Shown: one piece after another, positions 57,072 through 64,000 of the stretch
How positions within the stretch are numbered: position 1 is the first letter of the stretch
Layout: every line of letters starts with the position of its first letter
From: a virus
Lineage: Duplodnaviria; Caudoviricetes
Virus record (IMG/VR): IMGVR_UViG_3300025167_000006
Span: 1 to 64,000 of that record
DNA: 64,000 bases
Reading direction: 5' to 3' (one strand)
Made by a program: the position numbers and the translations under genes
Notes under the pieces: model-generated
What the model was told of the DNA's origin: nothing
The model's database searches: none
Seen by the model: the letters and a program-made list of their open reading frames with translations, nothing else

Positions 57072-58327
57072 TGACAAGAGGCACCGTACCGCAGAACACG
57101 CACGACCCGGTGAACGACTCACCGACGTCGATGCGTACATCGATGACGCGCGGGTACGGGGCTACCCCCGCGTACATCCACGAGGGGCGCGTGGTCGACG
57201 TGAACTTCGTGAACTGGACTGTCAGTGTGTGGAGCCAGTTCGACATGCGCTACTGGCCCGACATCCAGGTGGCGTCTCCGTACCTACATCCCAGCCGTGG
57301 TGAGGGCATCTACGTGATGCCGGAGGTGAACTCCAAGGTACTTGTGTGTATCCCCTCGGATGGCCCACCACCCTTCGTGATCGGGTTCATTGCGTCCATG
57401 GAGCGCAGCGGGCGTGACACTGTTCAGGGCGATGCGGAGGGTGAAGGAGACGACAACACCGATTCCGCTGGTGGCATGGGCGGCTCCACTTATGCGCTGG
57501 GAAGGAAGCGCGCCAAGCCGGGGGACATCTTCATGCGCGGGCGTGACGGCAACTTCATGATCTTGCACCGCGGAGGGGTGTTGCAGATTGGAGCCACCGA
57601 CATAGCGCAGCGCATATACATACCGTTGAGGAACCTGGTCACAGACATCAGCCAGAACTATGAGCACTTCAACTCCGGTGGGTCTATTAACTGGGGCATA
57701 TCTGTTGGAGAGACCTCCGATAACCCGGAGACTGAATGGCGGCAGGTATTTCGCTTGTACGCCAACGACGAGAGAGCGGACATACGTGTGGCTGCTGGTA
57801 AGGTGCATCAGCCGTTGCCTGAGCCCGCGGCTCCAGACGGGTCGCAGTCGGACTTGAGCGCCCTCAACATCGGTGGGGACAACACAGTCGTCTACGAGTT
57901 CGACATCGCTCCTGGTGGGTTCAACGCGGAAACTGGCGCCCCCGTAGGAGACGTGTCCAGCAAGATGAAGCTGTTCTTCGACCGAGCCGGAGGAGGGTTT
58001 CTTCGTGCTGAGGGCTCTGTTCTTGTGCGTGTAAAGAAGAAGCTGAAGGTGGTCGCAGATGAGGGAATAGAGTTCGAGACGAACGAGAGCGTGTCCGTCC
58101 GTGCCGCTAAGGGCATGCGCCTGACGGCGGGCAGTAACCTCGACATCGGTACGGACGGGGGCATCCTCTCCATGAACAGCGGAAAGGATGCTGTCGCGCA
58201 CGTAGGCTCTGTGGTAGAAGTCACCATCAGCGTGCCAGCCATTGCTCAGGCGCTAGCCGACCCCACCGCGACGTCCATCCAGGCCGCTGGAAGTGTGACC
58301 ACAGGTAGGACAAAGACCCTCGTCTGA
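57071..58327 (+). CDS. Baseplate spike protein (gpV/gp5/VgrG-like)
   Basis: N-terminal OB-fold pattern GRVVDV...GIYVMPEVNSKVLV...VIG; C-terminal beta-helix-like repeats; TGATG overlap with the RNAP gene. Confidence 0.7.
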   Translation: MTRGTVPQNTHDPVNDSPTSMRTSMTRGYGATPAYIHEGRVVDVNFVNWTVSVWSQFDMRYWPDIQVASPYLHPSRGEGIYVMPEVNSKVLVCIPSDGPPPFVIGFIASMERSGRDTVQGDAEGEGDDNTDSAGGMGGSTYALGRKRAKPGDIFMRGRDGNFMILHRGGVLQIGATDIAQRIYIPLRNLVTDISQNYEHFNSGGSINWGISVGETSDNPETEWRQVFRLYANDERADIRVAAGKVHQPLPEPAAPDGSQSDLSALNIGGDNTVVYEFDIAPGGFNAETGAPVGDVSSKMKLFFDRAGGGFLRAEGSVLVRVKKKLKVVADEGIEFETNESVSVRAAKGMRLTAGSNLDIGTDGGILSMNSGKDAVAHVGSVVEVTISVPAIAQALADPTATSIQAAGSVTTGRTKTLV

Positions 58328-58959
58328 TGATCACCAACCGGGCAGCGAAAACCCTGGGGGAGTTCAACGTCGGACTTGCCGCAGCACTCGGGTTCCTCAA
58401 CCCGTTGGGGGCACAGCTCGACGCCCTCATCGGTCTTGGCATCGGCCCGTTGAGCTTCGACTTGAACGCGCGGTTGAACGCGTTGCTCGCAGCGCAAGCC
58501 AACATCGGTCTTCAGCTGGCCATGGACCCACGTGCTCGGCTGACGGCGATATTGACGGCCATCGCCTCTCTTCAAGCAGCGCTCGCTGGTGCTCTGTCGC
58601 TGGACTTGGGGATTCGGCTCACCGTTGAAGTTGGTCTTCTGGGCGCTATTACCGGGGCCATCAGCGTGCAGCTGGGCGGACTACAGCTGGCCATTCAGGC
58701 GGCGCTCGCCATTAAAATCCCAGCCATGCGGGCTGCAGCGCGCCTAGCCGCTCACATGTCTGCCGGCCCAGCCTTCTTGATTGCAGCGAACGGGTCGATG
58801 AATGCAGTGGGCGCTGACCTTGCAGCAGAGCTTGGGCAGTCGTCGTTGACGTACGACGGGAACACCATCCAGGGGTTCGACTCCGTCATCGCCATTCTGC
58901 TGTTCGCCAAGGAACCTTCCGTTCAGGTAGCTTTGCAGGCCATAATCAAGGCGGGATAG
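58327..58959 (+). CDS. Ala/Leu-rich hydrophobic helical protein
   Basis: 210 aa; TGATG-coupled to the spike gene. Confidence 0.7.
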   Translation: MITNRAAKTLGEFNVGLAAALGFLNPLGAQLDALIGLGIGPLSFDLNARLNALLAAQANIGLQLAMDPRARLTAILTAIASLQAALAGALSLDLGIRLTVEVGLLGAITGAISVQLGGLQLAIQAALAIKIPAMRAAARLAAHMSAGPAFLIAANGSMNAVGADLAAELGQSSLTYDGNTIQGFDSVIAILLFAKEPSVQVALQAIIKAG

Positions 58960-58963
58960 AACC

Positions 58964-61102
58964 ATGACCCAACCGCTGTTCTTCGAGCCCGAGCCGTACA
59001 ACTACATCGAGAAGGTCGGCGGTGAGGTGGACCTCCCCGATGACCCCAACCAGTGGCCGCAGCAGATTCTCCAGGAGGTGTACAAGCAAGTACCGTACAT
59101 CGCCGACTATCAGCCGCACGTGGTCATGAAGCGCGTCGACGCGGAGCGTGGGTATGGACTGGGGCATGTGGAGATCATGAACCAGACGGAAGCGCCCCAG
59201 GGCTCGCCAGACCAAGAGATGAAGGCGGCGGGCATCCGCACGGTGCGCATCCCGTTCATCATCCGGGAGAGCAAGCTGTCTCCATTCGATCTCCTGATGA
59301 ACGACCAGTCCAAGATGATACCGCTGACGGAGAACCGGCTTCGGACGGCCCTGTTCCGACCTCAAGCTTTCGACGTCACCAGCCGCACGCCTGGCGACCA
59401 GAGCATGATCGGACAGCTCTACCCGCCGTACCGGCAGAACTATGGCTTCGGTGGCGGTGGGATGTCCATGAACGCATCCGGCGGCATGGCGATGGGCAAG
59501 CTGGGGTCAGCGCTCGAGCAGTATCTTGCTGGAGCGGATACCAGCACGGAGAGCCTGGAGCTGCGCAACCGGGCGTCCGTACGCGTCAAGACAAGCTCCG
59601 CCCTCAATACACCCACGATCAAGAAGACCGGGTCGATTCTCGATGCGGTGTTGGGCTCCATCGACCCACGCGACCACGAGTCGTTTCTCGACGAGCTTAG
59701 CAAGTCGGCTGGCTACCTGACGACTACCACGCGCGAGCAGCACGACAGCGTCATCACATCCCTTCAGAAGGTGGTGGACGCTACGCCCCTGTCGTTCAAG
59801 CTGGCAAGCTGGCTAGATATCGTAGAGCCGTCGGTCACTCAGGTGACGAAGAGGAACGACGGCTACCTGATGAAGGTAGCCAGCCACGAGGCTTGGGACC
59901 CCCAGACCTTCTTGGTAGATCGGGGAATGGTCGTGCGCAGCTTCGGTGAGCGTGTGGCCATGGACGTCGACCAGCATGGCTCGGCCACTGTTCAAGAGAT
60001 GGAGGGCGAGCCGGAGGCGGGCGCCACAGAGGAAAGTGCCCCAGTTCCCACAGCTACATTTGGGTTGTACAAGGTGCGGGACACCGTCGGCAAAGAGCAT
60101 GTTGGGTTCGTGATCCCCTCGCTCATCGACCTGAATGGAGACGACGTTCCCATCAAGCTGTTCACCAACGGCACGGTGGTGGCAGTACAAGCGGACATGG
60201 TGGGGGAGCCCGCAGGGACCGGTGGCAACTTGCCCAATGGGCCAGTGAGCGGAGAAGGGTTCTTCTGGGGACCGAAGGATGATGGCGGCGTGTGCGCCAC
60301 CATCCCGTTCAAGTTCGAGAGCTCGGCAACGGTTGGGGATCAACCGAAGGTGCTCAACGGACAGACGTTCGACGGCTCTCCAGCCAGCGTGAGCGTTCAG
60401 CCGAACATCATCAAGCCTGTGGGCCAGGGGGGCACTCTCCTGATCCCATCCACGTGGCAGTGGATGCCGCTTGATGGAGCTAGCTCCGTCACCGTTCTTG
60501 GGGATGAGGAGCAGCACAAGGCTGAGGTGGGCGCTGAGAAGAAGAGCCACGTCATCATTCGTTCGGACGGCTCGACCTTCTCCTTCGAGGGAGACCCCGT
60601 GGAGAAGCTGAGCTACGACCAGACGAAGTTCTTGGATGTGGGCGGCGCCATGTTCCTGCTCGCCGGCCTCGGCGTTCATCAGGTGGTGGGCACGGAGAAG
60701 CTGGCGCAGGCAGTGCAGGGCGGGATGTCTTCGGAGGTCCTTGTTGGCCGGGAGATCACCCTCGACCGAGACATGCGGAAGCAAGCCACCGCATGGCGAG
60801 ACGAAGTGCGAGAGATGACGGACAAGATTCGTCAACCGCACCTCATCAAGGAGGCGGCTAGCATCCCAGACCCCACGGCGGTCGACACGGTTCTCTCCCT
60901 GGGGTTCGTGAACCCCGACAACCTGATGAACTACGTCTCGTACCTCCCGGACCTGGACGGAGCGCAGTCTAAGCTGTGCGAGCTCCTCTTCGGGGTGCGC
61001 CTGGGCATCAGCAACGTTCCGCAGTCCGCGCTGGAGCGGTCGGTGCGCTCGTTGGAAGAGGTCATCGAGGGCCTGAAGATCATCGCCTTCCAGGGCAACT
61101 GA
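58964..61102 (+). CDS. Putative virion/head protein with recurrent K-x-(A/G/S) motifs
   Basis: 712 aa; KSA, KLA, KVA, KQA, KEA and similar motifs; strong coding bias. Confidence 0.6.
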   Translation: MTQPLFFEPEPYNYIEKVGGEVDLPDDPNQWPQQILQEVYKQVPYIADYQPHVVMKRVDAERGYGLGHVEIMNQTEAPQGSPDQEMKAAGIRTVRIPFIIRESKLSPFDLLMNDQSKMIPLTENRLRTALFRPQAFDVTSRTPGDQSMIGQLYPPYRQNYGFGGGGMSMNASGGMAMGKLGSALEQYLAGADTSTESLELRNRASVRVKTSSALNTPTIKKTGSILDAVLGSIDPRDHESFLDELSKSAGYLTTTTREQHDSVITSLQKVVDATPLSFKLASWLDIVEPSVTQVTKRNDGYLMKVASHEAWDPQTFLVDRGMVVRSFGERVAMDVDQHGSATVQEMEGEPEAGATEESAPVPTATFGLYKVRDTVGKEHVGFVIPSLIDLNGDDVPIKLFTNGTVVAVQADMVGEPAGTGGNLPNGPVSGEGFFWGPKDDGGVCATIPFKFESSATVGDQPKVLNGQTFDGSPASVSVQPNIIKPVGQGGTLLIPSTWQWMPLDGASSVTVLGDEEQHKAEVGAEKKSHVIIRSDGSTFSFEGDPVEKLSYDQTKFLDVGGAMFLLAGLGVHQVVGTEKLAQAVQGGMSSEVLVGREITLDRDMRKQATAWRDEVREMTDKIRQPHLIKEAASIPDPTAVDTVLSLGFVNPDNLMNYVSYLPDLDGAQSKLCELLFGVRLGISNVPQSALERSVRSLEEVIEGLKIIAFQGN

Positions 61103-61182
61103 GAGCGAAAGCACTGATCTTTCAGGGGGCTACCGCCCTTCGTCTTGACGGGCCGGCCTGAATAGTACACCTTGTCCTGACG

Positions 61183-62115
61183 ATGATTCGCAGGTCGCCA
61201 GCGGAGTACTACATCAAGTACCTACTGCTGCACCCGAACAACTACTCGGACGAGGACGTAGAGCAGGCGCTGCACCAGTACCACCTGGACTTCCCGGGTG
61301 GGACGTACCTGGTTAGGCTGCGCCGTCAGCTGGAGCGGCCACGCCCGTTCTTCCCGTACGACGAGCTCCACGCCCCGTCGTACAAGTTCATCGTTCAGCA
61401 CAAGGTTCTCTACGCCTTTCATCAAGATGATGACATGCGGGCAGCGCTCAAGGTGCTGGACCGCCCGAAGGCGAAGGAGATCGTGGAAACGATGACGATC
61501 ACCCAGGACCCGACGTTGCTCATCTGCCACCGTCTGGAGTCCGTGGGTGTCCGTCTTTCCACCAAGGGCTTGAATCGATACACCCACTTCTTTTGGAATC
61601 TGGACCTTGTGGACAGCACAGAGCTCCGGGCTCTGCTGGAGATGAGGTTCCGGCAGACGATGTTCGAGGGGGAGAACGCTAGAGACACAGCGCGCGGCTT
61701 AGCTATGAAGCGCTCCGGGTACATCGACCCGAGATGGCTGGCGGTCAACGCACCAGACGCGCACACAGCGTCGCTGATGAACCAGATTCGGGAAGGGTAT
61801 CTTCCCTCTCAGTTCGACGTCTCTAAGCTGATGTCGTCTACGGCAGACCTGGCGGTTGTCAGAGCGCGGCACGAGCTGTTGAGCGGAGCGCCGGACTCGG
61901 CAGCCAGGGCGAGAGACTACTCAGTGGTTGCGCAGAACATGCTCGCTCTGCTGGAGGTCATCGGAAGCCCAACAGAGTCGCTGTTCAAGGACATCAACCA
62001 GCTGGGAATAGAGCTGAAGCACGCGGAGAATAAGGTCAAGAACATCTCCCAGCTGACCGACGGCAACTTTTCAGCAGACGTTCAGCTGATGCAGGAGGAT
62101 TCCAAACATGAATGA
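61183..62115 (+). CDS. Hypothetical helical protein upstream of terminase (terminase small subunit candidate)
   Basis: 310 aa; the product guess rests on position only. Confidence 0.5.
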   Translation: MIRRSPAEYYIKYLLLHPNNYSDEDVEQALHQYHLDFPGGTYLVRLRRQLERPRPFFPYDELHAPSYKFIVQHKVLYAFHQDDDMRAALKVLDRPKAKEIVETMTITQDPTLLICHRLESVGVRLSTKGLNRYTHFFWNLDLVDSTELRALLEMRFRQTMFEGENARDTARGLAMKRSGYIDPRWLAVNAPDAHTASLMNQIREGYLPSQFDVSKLMSSTADLAVVRARHELLSGAPDSAARARDYSVVAQNMLALLEVIGSPTESLFKDINQLGIELKHAENKVKNISQLTDGNFSADVQLMQEDSKHE

Positions 62116-62581
62116 GCGAGCTGTGGTGTCTTCCAGCGTGGATGAGGGGCGGTCCAGGGACCAGCTAAGTGGAGCGTTTGGGGCTGAGGGGGACATGATG
62201 GTTCCGGAGCCGATCAAGTTCGAGGTGTACGAGGGGCGGTTCTTCGTGGCCGAGTACCAGCTCATCGAGGGGAACTTGGTGTTCCACTTCTTCGTGCACC
62301 CGGGCCACATGAAGCAGCTCTCAGCGCAAGAGCTCGAGCGGTGGTGGCTCAACGGATTCGCGGCGTGTCTGGACGTGGAGGCGCAGGCGTACTTCGACGC
62401 TACGGCTCCTCGTCTTCAGGCTCGATACACGCAAGAGGTCGCGTCGTGGTTTCTGAAGGCGCAAGGGTTCGGTTACTTGCTAGACCCCGCAGCATTTGCT
62501 CGCGCCTTTCTATCGCGGCTAGACGAAAAACTTCTCTGGTCTGGCGGTCCTCCTCCTGCTTCGCCAGTGGCCACGGGGTGA
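62108..62581 (+). CDS. Hypothetical protein
   Basis: 157 aa; GGAGG RBS; overlaps the previous gene. Confidence 0.65.
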   Translation: MNERAVVSSSVDEGRSRDQLSGAFGAEGDMMVPEPIKFEVYEGRFFVAEYQLIEGNLVFHFFVHPGHMKQLSAQELERWWLNGFAACLDVEAQAYFDATAPRLQARYTQEVASWFLKAQGFGYLLDPAAFARAFLSRLDEKLLWSGGPPPASPVATG

Positions 62582-62858
62582 GCCGCACAAGCATCTTTCC
62601 CTTGTTGAACGACACTCCCTGCGCCTTCCACCCGCACATCTTCATGAAGTTGCGAATGAACTTGGGCAAGCACGACTTGGCCTCTTTTGGCATAGGTTCC
62701 GTGTACTGAAGGGTGAACGCGTGTTCGAAGCTGCCAGTGGCGCTTATCCCCTGCCTGTTCTCCCACTGCCCCGTGAAGTGCGGACCACCCGCAGAAAGCC
62801 ACCCGTAGAGAATGGTCATAGCTTCAACAGGGTCTTGGGTTTCTTGAGGGTCATTCAT
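62400..62858 (-). CDS. Hypothetical antisense protein
   Basis: ATG 62858 (MNDPQETQ); fills the 62582-62856 gap; 3' end overlaps the + strand gene by 182 nt. Confidence 0.5.
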   Translation of the reverse strand: MNDPQETQDPVEAMTILYGWLSAGGPHFTGQWENRQGISATGSFEHAFTLQYTEPMPKEAKSCLPKFIRNFMKMCGWKAQGVSFNKGKMLVRLTPWPLAKQEEDRQTREVFRLAAIERREQMLRGLASNRTLAPSETTTRPLACIEPEDEEP

Positions 62859-64000
62859 GGGACAGCCTGCTGAAGTTCTAGATCTCGGCGAGGAAGATCC
62901 GTACGACGATACGTGGGACGTCGAGGACTCCGATACATGGTACCCGAAGAACGCATGGAGTCCAGAAGGTGAGATTCGTGAGGACCCCATCTTTTTGGAG
63001 AAGGTCCTTCGGAAGATCCCCAAGAACGTTGTGCAGCTGAAACCCTCGGAGTTTACCGAGCGTGCGTTTCGGATGCCAAAGGAGGACGGCACGGGGTTCG
63101 GTCCGTTCTCGTTCGAGGGTCGTGCTCACCTGCGGCAGATTTACGACACCCCTGCCAGGCGAATCCTTCTGTGCTGCGCGAGGCAGGTAGAGAAGAGCAC
63201 GATGGTTGGTAACCGAGCTCTTTGCTACATGAGCTTGGTCACGGCGATGCGCATCCTGCTCGTCACGCCGTCAGCGACACAGACGAAGACGTTCAGCAAC
63301 GACCGCATCAAAGAGCCCATCGAGACGAGCCCGCTTCTCAAGAAGTTCACGACCAAGATGTTGTCGCAGAACATCTTGGAGAAGCAGTTCGTGAACCGCT
63401 CAAAGCTCACGATGCGGTACGCGTTCTTGAACGCCGACCGCACGCGTGGGATCCCAGCGTGGCAGCTGGACATCGATGAGGTTCAGGATGTTCTGAAGGA
63501 CAACATCCCCGTCATCGAGCAGTGCACCTCCCATGCACCCGACAAGTGGAAGTCGTTCGTCTACTCCGGTACTCCGAAGAGCCTCGACAACGTGATCGAG
63601 GACTACCGGGCTAATGGAAGCACTCAGGGGGAGTGGGTGGTCCCCTGTGAGGGGTGCGGTAACTGGAACATCCTGGGCGAGAAGAATATCGGGCTGAAGG
63701 GACCCATATGCGCACGGTGCGGTAAGGGCATAGACCCGCAGGGCCCCAAAGCTCAGTGGGCTTGGATGGTGGAGCCCGATGAGGAGCGTATCAAGGTCCC
63801 GTGGGAGAGCTACCGAATCCCACAGTTGATGGTGCCGTGGAAGATCCGCAACTGGAATGAGGTCCTTCACGACTACCAGAACTACTCTCGCCCTCAGTTC
63901 TTCAACGAGTGCCTGGGCGTCTCCTACGAGTCTGGTCTTCGCCCTCTGACCAGCGCCCAGATACGTGAGTGTTGTACTGGGTCTAGCCTGGCTGACTTTC
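62857..64000 (+). CDS. terL: Terminase large subunit (GpA-like), 3'-truncated by the window end
   Basis: Absent from the ORF track (no stop); translated by hand from ATG 62857: CARQVEKST (Walker A), RGIP..LDIDEVQD (Walker B), SGTP, CEGC...CARC, FFNECLG. Confidence 0.9.
   Translation, partial: MGQPAEVLDLGEEDPYDDTWDVEDSDTWYPKNAWSPEGEIREDPIFLEKVLRKIPKNVVQLKPSEFTERAFRMPKEDGTGFGPFSFEGRAHLRQIYDTPARRILLCCARQVEKSTMVGNRALCYMSLVTAMRILLVTPSATQTKTFSNDRIKEPIETSPLLKKFTTKMLSQNILEKQFVNRSKLTMRYAFLNADRTRGIPAWQLDIDEVQDVLKDNIPVIEQCTSHAPDKWKSFVYSGTPKSLDNVIEDYRANGSTQGEWVVPCEGCGNWNILGEKNIGLKGPICARCGKGIDPQGPKAQWAWMVEPDEERIKVPWESYRIPQLMVPWKIRNWNEVLHDYQNYSRPQFFNECLGVSYESGLRPLTSAQIRECCTGSSLADF

Noticed and set aside
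57071-58959. T6SS/eCIS locus (VgrG-like spike)
   Set aside because: Portal, terminase and replication genes show this is a phage; no T6SS membrane-complex genes are present.
61145-61172. TTGACG promoter upstream of 61183
   Set aside because: Good -35 but no TAnnnT at 16-18 nt spacing, so not called.

Overview
This window is part of a large, GC-rich tailed-phage genome (myovirus-like, probably jumbo-phage scale), not a cellular chromosome; all product calls come from motifs read by eye, with no database searches. Layout: (1) 1-21.3 kb, + strand: baseplate, tail-fibre and collagen-like genes, a glycosyltransferase and a membrane/lysis-like cassette. (2) 21.5-39.1 kb, - strand: replication and recombination block (RusA, Cas4-like and Hjc-like nucleases, RecA, HU/IHF, family-A DNA polymerase, gp32-like SSB, primase, DnaB, family-4 UDG, intein-bearing SF2 helicase). 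(3) 39.2-44.7 kb, + strand: head genes ending in the portal. (4) 44.7-49.1 kb, - strand: accessory operon with a MoxR AAA+ ATPase and a vWA-metallopeptidase. (5) 49.2-64 kb, + strand: a 2636-aa single-chain beta-beta' RNA polymerase, a baseplate spike, further virion proteins and a 3'-truncated terminase large subunit. The top candidate for a new system is a phage transcription apparatus. It is a fused, streamlined, bacterial-type RNAP whose gene overlaps the tail-spike gene, with a variant catalytic motif (GADFDGD) followed by an atypical intein ending Trp-Asp, and it appears alongside two promoter classes. Other highlights are a Gly1 class-3 intein, a candidate -1 frameshift in a Q/P/M-rich protein, several Q/P-rich disordered proteins, and recurrent K-x-A motifs in putative head proteins. 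No rRNA, tRNA or CRISPR array was recognised.
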